Source: Candidatus Melainabacteria bacterium
GTDB taxonomy: Bacteria; Cyanobacteriota; Vampirovibrionia; Caenarcaniphilales; Caenarcanaceae
Direction: 5' to 3'
Length of the DNA: 64,000 nt
Assembly: GCA_005110395.1 (NCBI GenBank)
Contig: DUDU01000040.1
Span: 4,153-68,152 of the forward strand
Positions 29,005 to 39,982 of this stretch are shown here, one piece after another. Both the position numbers and the translations under genes were made by a program. The notes below the pieces were generated by a model. It was not told the origin of the DNA. It did not search any database and saw only the letters and a list, made by a program, of their open reading frames with translations. Every line of letters begins with the position of its first letter. The stretch's first letter is position 1.

Positions 29005-31932
29005 TTATTTGGTGAGTTTATCGGGGCATTTATTTTGAATCACTTCTAATACCTCTTTGGGTATTTTCTCTTTAGCTGGAAATTTAGAGGCTTTACAGAA
29101 AATAGATTTATCTGAAATCCACTCTGAACCATTTAAATCAGCATCAGAAAGGTCTTCGTTTTCTATAATTTCTTCTAATTTTATATCCGCATCTTCGATT
29201 AATTCTTTAGATGGAAACTGCAATTTATTCTTACAAGCAGGTTTCTCTTTAACTTCTTTGAGTAAGTCTTTATCCAATTTTGTGTTCCAAATGCTTATTG
29301 CTTCGCACAATTGATCGACAACTAATCCGCATACTAATATACCACTACTTTCTGTACCTTTTAAATTTGCATTTATTAATATCGAATCTTTCAATTTAGT
29401 ATTAGTTAATTTAGCATTCTCTAATTCAGCATTTGTTAATTCAGCATTTGTTAAATCAGTTTTTGTTAAATCAGTTTTTGTTAAATTAACTTTTACAAGA
29501 GATTTATTTTTTATCTTTTGTACCCAATCTACCTGACGGGGAAGAATTGCCTCAGTTAAATCAGCATTCTCTAAATTAGCTTCAGTTAAATCAGCATTCT
29601 CTAAATTAGCTTCAGTTAAATCAGCATTAGTTAAATCAGCATTAGTTAAACCTACTTTTACATTACTTGGAAACTTTATAGTGCCACTTATTGTTGCCCC
29701 TCTCAAACTTATTGCGGGTGTATATGTATTGAATTTTTCTTTCTGTGTCTCCATTTCTTTAATATCAACTTGAAAAAACTTATCTTCCCAGCTATCACCT
29801 GAAGGCCATTGCCCAGTATTGTTTAATAAATCTTGCCAAATTTTCATATAAGAAACGAAAAATTCATCCATGGCTTTAATAATGAATAAATTTTTAGGTA
29901 TTTCTTCTATTTCAAGCTTAGATAAATCCAGATTATGAATAGTTGATTTATCTAAAATTAGAGCTTCATTCGTTTTTCCAATAATTTTTACATTGCTGAT
30001 TTTGTTTGCCGCTTTCCATGGTAAATAAAGATCTCTTTCATTTCTTAATTCATTGTGATTATCTTTATCTTGGGTTTGATTAATATTTTCAATCCTCAAA
30101 TTAATGGGATAAATTGACATATCGGCAATTGTCCAGAAAGATACAAAGCAAGCAAATAAACTAATTCCAAAGCAAATCAGAGAGCTTTTTTCTAACTGTG
30201 AATTTCCTTGATTTCCAAAAATACGATTTAATTCAAAAGAGAATATATTTTTTATTTTTATAATCGGCTCAAATACTAATTTCAAAAAGCATAAACCTAA
30301 TATAACTAAAATCAGCAATTTCACCAATATTATAGGAGTAGTTATACCAATTAGAGAAATTCCAAGAGATTTAAGTGGAATAAAAAATACTGTATACGAG
30401 AAAAGCAAAATAAAAGTTGTCCACTTATTTAATCTTGGGAGTAACTCAAGACAATGAAGAAAATCAACTTTCCAATTTCTCTTTGCATAAGCTAATCTGG
30501 CAGATTTAGCAATTCTCCTGAACCCCCATAGACAAATAAAAATTAAAAAGCTAAGGAAAAACCAAGAGTATAAAATGCTACCTAAAGCAATCAAAGCAAA
30601 TATTGTAAATTTTGAAAATGGTTTAACTTGTTTATTGTCTGGTTTAATGAATTTGTAAAACTGACAAACAATTAAAGCTAATAGAGCCAATTGACAAAAG
30701 AAATAACAAGTTTTATATGGATCATATTCTGCTTGATTGAATTTCAGAATAATTCTCAAAGATTCCGCTACAGTTGCATATAGAGCAAAATACCAAAAGA
30801 CTTTTTTATCTGCCTTTGCATTCTTTTGAATAATTTGCCATCTTTCAGAATCTGGATGCAATTCATCTTTTTTATACCAATAAATAAAAAGCTTCACAAA
30901 AATAAATGAAATTAAATACCAAATTAAAATTATTACTATTAAAGCTATTAAAGTTGCGAATAATAATAATAGAAGAATATTTATAAAAGGAAGATTCTTC
31001 TCAAAACCATCTATTATTCTCTCTAAAGAGTCTAATATTGGGTATGATCTTACTCCCCAGTCAATAAGAACAAAAGCATAAACTGAACTAATTAACAATG
31101 TCGCAAAAGACAATTTAAGGTATTTATTATTTAAAATTATTCTTAGTTTCCGTTTTAATATTTTTCTTCGTTGGCTTTGCGCGAGTAAACAAATAAAATT
31201 ACCTAAATAAGCAGTAAAGAAAGTAATTGCCAACATACTCCAGACCAAAGGCAAGCCACTTATGAAATTAGGCTGAGCTAAAAGCCAAATAAACCAAGGA
31301 CAAAAAGATAAAATACCCCAAATAAAAGCATTAATTTGATTAGTATATTTATTATTATCCTGACTATTACTTATCTCTCTAAATCTGCGTTGATAATAAG
31401 TAGCTAAAATAAAAGCAAAGCAAGTTATAGCAAAAACCAAGCTCTCTTTAATCCATTCACGCCCTTTGAGAGTTACATAAAAAGCTGTTAAGCAAACAAA
31501 AACAATACTATAAAAAGTAGTTAATTCCGCAAAAAGAGTTTGTATTGTGCCAAAAATACCACTTTCTGGATAAACCAATGAATTATAAAGAGAAAAAGGA
31601 AATACTCTATTCTCTCTTTCTTCTTTAGGTATAAACTCTACTTTTTGATGTAATTCATGCACTTTATAGAGAGCGACTTGCAAGCCAATATATATAAAAA
31701 CTAATAATAAAGGTGCAAACCAAACAAATATTTCTGTAGGTACTTCACTTTGAATAACTGGTAGTTTTAAGTTTGAATTTATAAGATATAAAGCTTTATC
31801 GGGAATAATAGACAAACTTATGAGTACAAATAAAATTGCACCTAAATATATAAAATAAACCTTTTCAGCTTGCCCAGCGGCATCTTTAATATTGCTATAA
31901 ATCCAGTCTGGTGTTGTATCTTCGTTTTGCAT
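29005..31932 (-). CDS. 975-aa polytopic membrane protein (about 14 or more TM helices) with C-terminal pentapeptide-repeat blocks
   Basis: The N-terminal ~620 aa are almost entirely hydrophobic helices. The C-terminal region has two runs of A(D/N)LxX repeats: NADLTNADLTEANLENADLTEANLENADLTEAIL and NLTKTDLTKTDLTNAELTNAELENAKLTNTKLKDSILINANLKG. Confidence 0.8.
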   Translation of the reverse strand: MQNEDTTPDWIYSNIKDAAGQAEKVYFIYLGAILFVLISLSIIPDKALYLINSNLKLPVIQSEVPTEIFVWFAPLLLVFIYIGLQVALYKVHELHQKVEFIPKEERENRVFPFSLYNSLVYPESGIFGTIQTLFAELTTFYSIVFVCLTAFYVTLKGREWIKESLVFAITCFAFILATYYQRRFREISNSQDNNKYTNQINAFIWGILSFCPWFIWLLAQPNFISGLPLVWSMLAITFFTAYLGNFICLLAQSQRRKILKRKLRIILNNKYLKLSFATLLISSVYAFVLIDWGVRSYPILDSLERIIDGFEKNLPFINILLLLLFATLIALIVIILIWYLISFIFVKLFIYWYKKDELHPDSERWQIIQKNAKADKKVFWYFALYATVAESLRIILKFNQAEYDPYKTCYFFCQLALLALIVCQFYKFIKPDNKQVKPFSKFTIFALIALGSILYSWFFLSFLIFICLWGFRRIAKSARLAYAKRNWKVDFLHCLELLPRLNKWTTFILLFSYTVFFIPLKSLGISLIGITTPIILVKLLILVILGLCFLKLVFEPIIKIKNIFSFELNRIFGNQGNSQLEKSSLICFGISLFACFVSFWTIADMSIYPINLRIENINQTQDKDNHNELRNERDLYLPWKAANKISNVKIIGKTNEALILDKSTIHNLDLSKLEIEEIPKNLFIIKAMDEFFVSYMKIWQDLLNNTGQWPSGDSWEDKFFQVDIKEMETQKEKFNTYTPAISLRGATISGTIKFPSNVKVGLTNADLTNADLTEANLENADLTEANLENADLTEAILPRQVDWVQKIKNKSLVKVNLTKTDLTKTDLTNAELTNAELENAKLTNTKLKDSILINANLKGTESSGILVCGLVVDQLCEAISIWNTKLDKDLLKEVKEKPACKNKLQFPSKELIEDADIKLEEIIENEDLSDADLNGSEWISDKSIFCKASKFPAKEKIPKEVLEVIQNKCPDKLTK
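29395..29652. repeat. tandem 15- and 30-bp DNA repeats encoding the pentapeptide blocks
   Basis: The core cagttaaatcagcattctctaaattagc of the 30-mer is duplicated exactly at 29551-29610 (the two units differ only at their first base). 15-mers (tcagcatttgttaa / tcagtttttgttaaa) are repeated at 29425-29485. Confidence 0.8.
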
Positions 31933-32047
31933 TTAGTTAGATTTTTGTGGCAAGTTAGGTGGTTTTAAGTTTTTAACAAATAATTTATAGAGTGAAGGTA
32001 CTCGAAAACAAGCTCTCTTTCCCCGTACTCTATTTAGTTTTTACTTT

Positions 32048-33127
32048 TTAGCCAGCCGTAACTAAATTACCCGCTACACTTTTAAGATTTGTAATCCCCA
32101 AATCAGGTAGATTTAAAGTTTTAGCGATAGCATCATATAAATAATTTTCTAAGATTCTAAAGCCGTCTCTGGTTGGGTGTATTTCATTAAGCCAAAATCT
32201 TTTCGGGGTTTGATCTTGGGTAACTGGAATACTTGGAATCCTCGGCAATTGACCTTGAGCATATTTAGATAAACAATCATAAGTATCAACATAGCTAAAA
32301 TTAAATTGTTCTTGTAACCTTAATTTATCTAAAACATTCTTTTTAAAGCCTTCAAGAACGGTGTTAACAATGTCAGCTTGCTTATGTTTGTCTTTAATTC
32401 CTTCATGTTCCAAATGTCTGACAATCCAATTTTTATTATTATGAATAATTTCTGATAAATCAATACCAAGAAAATCCATCTCTAGGTTTGCACCACCATT
32501 GTCGTAAGTAGCGTCATCATAACAATGTCCTAAAACTGGAATTTTATAATCAGACAAAAGAGTTAAAAACCATTCATATTGTTTCAGTATTTCCTGATAA
32601 ATATTTTCTAAACTTTTAGTATCAATATCTTTATTTTTTATATACTTTGCTACATTTTCAGCCGCCAAGTCATTACCACCCAGAGAGATTAAAACTAAAT
32701 CAAAATTACCTTTTTTAAGTAATCCGTCATAAAAATTTCTATGCTCTTCATCAAATAAATCTTTTGCTTCAGCTCCATTTAAACCAACTCTATAAATACC
32801 AACTGTTCGTCTATCTCTCAAACAATCTAAAAAATTACCGTCTCCACCATGAAGCAAATGTCCATCTTTACCAAAGCCCGGATAATGAAACCATGAATCA
32901 CCAATAGCTAGAATTTTAATAATTTTTTTATTAGTACAAAAATTATTAAAAGAATTTATACCATTATTATTAATCTTGTTTACCCAATCTCCTGCTTTAA
33001 AAGCTTCTTCTGCAACATTTCCAACTAATCCATAAAAGTATTCATCAGCATATAAATAACATAATGGATCTGGTAAGTCTTGTTTCAACTTAATATTAGA
33101 GTTTTGCACTGGAGAGTATATTGTCAT
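32048..33127 (-). CDS. SGNH/GDSL-family hydrolase (lipase/esterase-like), no signal peptide
   Basis: Block I ILAIGDSWF (GDS nucleophile), block II VGLNGAEA, block III ISLGGNDL, and a block V-like NEIHPTRDGF. Confidence 0.75.
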   Translation of the reverse strand: MTIYSPVQNSNIKLKQDLPDPLCYLYADEYFYGLVGNVAEEAFKAGDWVNKINNNGINSFNNFCTNKKIIKILAIGDSWFHYPGFGKDGHLLHGGDGNFLDCLRDRRTVGIYRVGLNGAEAKDLFDEEHRNFYDGLLKKGNFDLVLISLGGNDLAAENVAKYIKNKDIDTKSLENIYQEILKQYEWFLTLLSDYKIPVLGHCYDDATYDNGGANLEMDFLGIDLSEIIHNNKNWIVRHLEHEGIKDKHKQADIVNTVLEGFKKNVLDKLRLQEQFNFSYVDTYDCLSKYAQGQLPRIPSIPVTQDQTPKRFWLNEIHPTRDGFRILENYLYDAIAKTLNLPDLGITNLKSVAGNLVTAG

Positions 33128-33186
33128 TTTTCAGTTTTCCTTTTGTATGTAAGTTTAGTTTTGTTTAGAATCATTATTAGTATCTG

Positions 33187-34191
33187 CTAAATAGCTTTTC
33201 TAAACTGCTTATACTGCTCCCAATCAAAAAAGTATTCGGTAGAATCCCGCTTTTCACTTAAGAAAATACGAGCCGCTTTAACACCTTCAAGGAATAAATC
33301 TATTAGTTCATCATTACTCATAGCAAAATTAAAGGCTTGATTTTCATCTACCTTAATCCAAGAAACTAATTGTTTATAATCGGGGTTTTTGTGAATAAAT
33401 TCAAAGTCGCCCATTTGACGAGCCGTATTTAAAATGGAACTTGTAAATTCAGCAATATTACCTGTGTCATTTATTCCATGAGGTTTATAATCTTTTGCGT
33501 CTTTTATCCAAGCTTGCCTAAAATGAAATGAAGCGGAGCGGTCATCACCAAGCTTTACTCCCAAAGTTGGGCATTTAGGATTACCCGTTTTTGTATGGAA
33601 AGAATCAATCGGGAAATTTGAAGCAATTCCACCATCTGTAAAAACCGCTTTTGAAGGTATTTCTCCCGTATAACCAGTTAAGTTTTCCCAGTCTTCTTTT
33701 GTATCTGGCGGCAAATCACTAATTTCAAAATGTTTAAAGAAAAATGGCACAGACATCGAAGCCGCCACATAATCCCCAACCGAGAAATCAGTACTATTTT
33801 CCCAGTTCTTGCAATACAGACGAGCCATTTTGGGGAAAGCCACTTTGCTGCTTGTGGTGAGGTCTGTTGCCACAATCTTAAAATGTTCTAAAAACCATTC
33901 ATTATTAAAATCAATTTTGTTTTCTTGAAAGTCAAATTTTTTCAAATACTCCAATCTGTTTTTTCTAAAATTTTCTACTGTTAAAGCATTTTGTTCCTCA
34001 AGTAATCCTTTAATCCAGTTAGGAAAGGCTTTATTTGGATTAATATAATTTTTATCTATTAATTTGTACAAAATATCTTTTTTATCAAGTAGTCCCAGAG
34101 TATTTTTATCGTCAGTTAAATTTTTTAGCCAGAGGGAGACAACGGATATAGTTGCATCAAATGGCGCATTATTAAATATTTCCCGAATCAA
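33187..34191 (-). CDS. patatin-like phospholipase, C-terminal part (catalytic Asp motif), in a different frame from the N-terminal part
   Basis: VFTDGGIASNFPID is the patatin D-G-[GA] catalytic-Asp motif. The ORF has only a TTG start, and its frame is open from 34246 downward, overlapping the end of 34214..34768. Confidence 0.7.
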   Translation of the reverse strand: MIREIFNNAPFDATISVVSLWLKNLTDDKNTLGLLDKKDILYKLIDKNYINPNKAFPNWIKGLLEEQNALTVENFRKNRLEYLKKFDFQENKIDFNNEWFLEHFKIVATDLTTSSKVAFPKMARLYCKNWENSTDFSVGDYVAASMSVPFFFKHFEISDLPPDTKEDWENLTGYTGEIPSKAVFTDGGIASNFPIDSFHTKTGNPKCPTLGVKLGDDRSASFHFRQAWIKDAKDYKPHGINDTGNIAEFTSSILNTARQMGDFEFIHKNPDYKQLVSWIKVDENQAFNFAMSNDELIDLFLEGVKAARIFLSEKRDSTEYFFDWEQYKQFRKAI

Positions 34192-34213
34192 TTTTTTTAC
34201 TTGCTTAAGAAAA

Positions 34214-34768
34214 TTATTTGTTTCTTTCTTTTTTTTGCTCTTTAGTTTTTGTTTTCTTTAAATTGTTTAAAAATTTATGTCCTAAGTCTTTGCTTTCATC
34301 CTTTAAATCGACAAAGTCGGCCAGTCCACAATTATTATCTTGGTCTCTTTTATTAATTTTTTCTAGTAGTATTTCTAAAACCCATTCGCTGGCAGTTTTT
34401 TCTGAATTCTCTGGGTCACCGCCATAACAAGCTAACAAAGTTGAAGTAATAGCACCAGCGGAAGTACCAGCAATTGATAAGAATCTAATATTATTTTTCT
34501 CTAAAGCATATGTATAGCCAAGCAAAGCTATTCCTAGCATAACTCCGCCTTCAAGCACTAAATCAACAAATTGATACTCCTTACCATTCAAGTTTCCCTT
34601 TAAATCAGATATTGTTCTATTTTTCGTCAAATTAGAAATTAATTGGAGTTCTTCTTGAACACGGGAATTATTTATAACCTGAGTTAAAGAAAGTACTTTG
34701 TCTTTTTTTAGATCTTTTGCAGCAAGAAAATCTTGAGCTAAATTCTGAGTATAAGTTAATTGCGACAT
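34214..34768 (-). CDS. patatin-like phospholipase, N-terminal part (oxyanion hole plus G-x-S-x-G nucleophile)
   Basis: LVLEGGVMLGIALLGYTYAL (G-G-x-x-G region) and SIAGTSAGAITSTLLA (GxSxG). The ORF ends KEQKKERNK* directly after an A8 homopolymer on the coding strand (T8 at 34229-34236 on the + strand). Confidence 0.7.
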   Translation of the reverse strand: MSQLTYTQNLAQDFLAAKDLKKDKVLSLTQVINNSRVQEELQLISNLTKNRTISDLKGNLNGKEYQFVDLVLEGGVMLGIALLGYTYALEKNNIRFLSIAGTSAGAITSTLLACYGGDPENSEKTASEWVLEILLEKINKRDQDNNCGLADFVDLKDESKDLGHKFLNNLKKTKTKEQKKERNK

Positions 34769-35442
34769 TTTTCACTCTCCTAGCACTAAATAATTTCTTA
34801 AGCTTTTAAATTTTAACAAAAAAAAATTTTTTCTAAGGACTAGGATTTATGTTAGACCTTCCATGAGATCAATACAGATTCACAAAAAGAAAACAGCTAA
34901 AAAGCAAAGGAAATCGGCATAAAAGAAAGAGTCCATCTAGAGAAATCTGTAAAAGGTTACTGAAAGAAAGATTTGAGAAAGAATGAATGTACTAATTTAA
35001 AAGGTACAGAAAAAAATGCCAAGAAAAATATGTCCACAATACAATTCATACTAAGTTGCAATCAAAATGCAACATTAACTAGCTCTAATTCACTGATTAG
35101 TTGAACTTTTTTGTGTCATGCTTCGATCGCATTTTAGTATCAACATTCCTAAATCAAAATGGAAGATTATATGTAGAAGTTTTTAAATATATTCTGGTTT
35201 TATTATTTGCAATCGGAGCTTTTAGGCTTTTTTTCATGTCGCTCCAGGTCATTAACTACCTCTCTTTGTACTGAATATCTTTATTGCTAAAAAAATCAAT
35301 TAGATATAAAATTCGCTGATTTAAATTTCTTTTTGTACTTCGTTTAATTTATTTATTAATTGTTATTAGTATTGGTAATTATGCGAGTATTACTCTCAAT
35401 CAGCTTCTTGCAGATGTGCTTTAAAAAATTTCCTTTCCCCTT

Positions 35443-36618
35443 TCAATTATCAACACGCAAATGATATACAACTGGTTTTCTGATTTTTGCAGCTTTTAAA
35501 ATATCTTTTTGTTCTGGTTCAAAATTATCCCAATGCTCATCAATTAAGCTTTTATTGAGTGATTTGACATATTGATATCCATCTTCGAGTTTGCGGATAA
35601 AATCCCAGCTTTTAATTGGATCATAAATATCACCTTGAATAGGCTTAAGAGAACATGCACCTATTTTTTTCAATTGATTATCTTTCATATATTCCTTGAT
35701 TTCGGATTTTAATCCTTCAAGAGATTCCTCTAATGGTGCAATCTGTTTTTTTAAGCTTAAAAACTCTTCTACCTTGCTTTCTATATCAGCTTTATTTGGC
35801 AAACTTAAATCATGCATGAATTTATGTTCGGGACATTGTTCTTTGAATCCGCAACTTCGACATTTCCATTCGGCTGGACTTGTATTGTATTTATCTGAAT
35901 TGCAGCCTCTTTCAAGAATTTCCAAATCCATATTTAGAATTTTCTCAAGTAATTCATGAACATCGTCATCAGTTCTAGTTGTATAAACTATTTCATCTTG
36001 AATTGGATAGTAAAGAGCCAATCTCTTTGGTGCTTCACGAGACAAGCTTTGCTTACAAGCCAAATAATATAAAGTCAATTGCTGGTCTGCATCAGCTTGA
36101 AGACAGGTTTGAACTTGATCACTAATTTTATAGTCTATAACCGTTAAACTTCCATCTTCTTCACGATCAACACGGTCTATTCTTCCCCCAAGCTTAAATT
36201 GACCCAAATCAACTTGAAATCTTCCCTCAAGATAAATTGGTAATTTGAAATCTTTTTGCTTTTCTCTTTCATAAAAGTTTTTTAGAGAGACGAGACCTCG
36301 CTCTTCAAGGGCTTTTTGAATATCTTTACTTGGAATAAATAGTTTCTGACTTAATTTGTCCCATTCCTGCCTAAATTCTTCTTGCCATTCTGGAAGAGAG
36401 ATTACGCCTTGTCGAAATAAGCTAGTTTGAATTTGACTTTTATAAAATTTCTCAAAATAATTGTGAATGAGACTACCTAATTGCATTTTGGGATCAAAAT
36501 CAAATAAGCTGTCAGGTTTGAGACCCAACAATTCATGAGCACAAAACTTTAGTTCGCACTCTTCCCAAAGCCGGATTTTTGAATAACTATAAGATTTCAC
36601 AATTAATAAAACTAACAA
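35443..36618 (-). CDS. Cas4/RecB-like PD-(D/E)XK nuclease with a Cys cluster and a coiled-coil C-terminal extension
   Basis: YSYSKIRLWEECELKFC (N-terminal Cys), GRIDRVDREEDGSLTVIDYKIS (D...D/E-x-K), QLTLYYLA (QxxxY) and WKCRSCGFKEQCPEH (C-x2-C-x5-C). This pattern is that of Cas4/AddB-type iron-sulfur nucleases. Confidence 0.75.
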   Translation of the reverse strand: MLVLLIVKSYSYSKIRLWEECELKFCAHELLGLKPDSLFDFDPKMQLGSLIHNYFEKFYKSQIQTSLFRQGVISLPEWQEEFRQEWDKLSQKLFIPSKDIQKALEERGLVSLKNFYEREKQKDFKLPIYLEGRFQVDLGQFKLGGRIDRVDREEDGSLTVIDYKISDQVQTCLQADADQQLTLYYLACKQSLSREAPKRLALYYPIQDEIVYTTRTDDDVHELLEKILNMDLEILERGCNSDKYNTSPAEWKCRSCGFKEQCPEHKFMHDLSLPNKADIESKVEEFLSLKKQIAPLEESLEGLKSEIKEYMKDNQLKKIGACSLKPIQGDIYDPIKSWDFIRKLEDGYQYVKSLNKSLIDEHWDNFEPEQKDILKAAKIRKPVVYHLRVDN

Positions 36619-36864
36619 TCAATAGGATTTTTCAATTATCTCAAAGTTCTGAAATCATGCTTTGTATTTAATCAAGCGAAAAGTATTTTTTGAATTACAG
36701 GCAGCTGCCTTTAGTATCCACAAGGAGAACAATATTCAAGGAAATACTTTGATTTGGAATGGATTTGCGCCACCACAGCAAAAAACAGGTGTTCTTGAGC
36801 AAATTCTTTGAGAACAGCTGCTTTTTAAACTCTTTATTGAGTGGTTGTTTTTAAGTTGGAAGTT

Positions 36865-37929
36865 TCATTGTTCTATTTCCTCAAGGTACTCATCTTCATT
36901 ATTCCAAAAACGCAAGTTTTGACTTGTTGCATAGCCTTGTGCCTCATCTAATGAATGGAACAACTGAACTAATTTAGGAACATGAACATTCTGATTAAAT
37001 CGATTAAGAAAAATTTTTAATAGATAAAATTCAATAGACGAGGATATTATGCAGAAATCAACAACATTGTTATCTTGATCAAGCATCTTCATCGGAACTG
37101 GTAAATATTTTCCATGCCCAGGTGAGCAATCAACTTCAACAAAGTCGAACTTTTGAACTTTTGTTTCATTCCATTTAACTGTTATTTCCCAGAATCTGGC
37201 AGCTGAACATGGATATTGTAATGCTCCCCATTTTGCATCAATGTTTTCTTCACATATCGTTTCAGAAGATAAAGATTCAAATGTAATTGCCAAAGATGGC
37301 TCTAACCTATTAAAAAAACTTTGTCCTCCATCATCATAAGTACAACTCCAATGAGCCTCAATGGAGTCTTTATGAAAACTACTTATTTTCTTTAATTCAA
37401 ATTTTAAGCGTTCAAGAGGATCTTTTATATTTAATCCAAATCTTTGTTTCCACAAATTTTCAACTTCATAGTCTTTGGCGGTTTTGTCTATAGGTGTATT
37501 TGAAGATCCATTGCGTGTATAAACAGCACCTGCTTTTACTCTTTTTTGCCCATCAAAATAGTCTTCGTAAAGAAAATAGGGTTTGCGCTTCTCTTGGTTT
37601 GCGATTCTCAGCTCTTCAATACTTCCCCATTTATGCATGCTGATTCTAATGCCGTTATTAATCTTTATATTTCTGAGCCAGTCATGAAGTTCAGATTCAT
37701 TATTGAATAACGGCTTAAGATTTGGATTTACAGCTCGTGGCTTTTTATCAGTTAATCCAACAATCAGACGTTTATATTTTTTTTGACTTAAACTATTTGC
37801 AAAACATAAAATATCGTGAAGCAGTTCAGCTTTATTCTTGTGCCAGGTTTCTTTAAAATCTATTGAATCTGATTCATCTTCGTTAATATCAAAAGGCAAG
37901 TCACCAAGCTCTTTTAAATAATCTTCCAT
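36865..37929 (-). CDS. AlbA_2 (Schlafen-like) domain protein with an uncharacterised C-terminal domain
   Basis: The N-terminal EDESDSIDFKETWHKNKAELLHDILCFANS...RLIVGLTD matches the E..lEFK ... AFAN ... iGv pattern of the AlbA_2/Schlafen DNA/RNA-binding domain. Confidence 0.65.
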   Translation of the reverse strand: MEDYLKELGDLPFDINEDESDSIDFKETWHKNKAELLHDILCFANSLSQKKYKRLIVGLTDKKPRAVNPNLKPLFNNESELHDWLRNIKINNGIRISMHKWGSIEELRIANQEKRKPYFLYEDYFDGQKRVKAGAVYTRNGSSNTPIDKTAKDYEVENLWKQRFGLNIKDPLERLKFELKKISSFHKDSIEAHWSCTYDDGGQSFFNRLEPSLAITFESLSSETICEENIDAKWGALQYPCSAARFWEITVKWNETKVQKFDFVEVDCSPGHGKYLPVPMKMLDQDNNVVDFCIISSSIEFYLLKIFLNRFNQNVHVPKLVQLFHSLDEAQGYATSQNLRFWNNEDEYLEEIEQ

Positions 37930-38079
37930 TTTGCTTTTGCTATTTAAGGGTGAATTTCTTGAAAGAATTAGTTTATTTGTAAAGTCAAAAATTTCTGAAC
38001 TTTATTGAGTTATTGAATGCTAGACGCAAAATGTACAGAGTGTAAATGTATAGGCGGCTGAGGCAATAGATGAACTACA

Positions 38080-38119
38080 AAATAAAAAGAGGCAGAGCTT
38101 TTTGACGTCTCCACCTCTC
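38080..38119 (-). terminator. candidate rho-independent terminator downstream of groEL
   Basis: The minus-strand RNA reads agaggtggag-acgtcaaaaag-ctctgcctct followed by ttttatttt. The stem is imperfect (5 + 3 bp with a 2-nt mismatch). Confidence 0.4.
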
Positions 38120-38171
38120 AATTTTTCTAACTTATTCTAAAAACTGACTTTTAGTGAGTCAATGTTTAAGT

Positions 38172-39848
<1,677 letters not shown>

Positions 39849-39982
39849 TTAGGGATCTTTTTGGTTGTTTGAAATTTTGAGAGAAGCTTTTATTGAGCTT
39901 ATACCTATTGTTTTGCAGACCTTGAAATCTGGAAAATTTAAGTAAAAGCTACAAATTTAAAGTCAATTATTTCAAAAGAAAA

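Noticed and set aside
29395-29652. Regular 15- and 30-bp tandem repeats that could superficially look like a CRISPR-type array.
   Set aside because: The repeats are contiguous with no unique spacers. They lie inside a long ORF and translate to A(D/N)LxX pentapeptide repeats.
36790-36860. A hairpin downstream of the AlbA_2 gene as a rho-independent terminator.
   Set aside because: Only about 5 bp of uninterrupted stem (gttct/agaac) can be drawn before mismatches. The T-run is separated from the stem.
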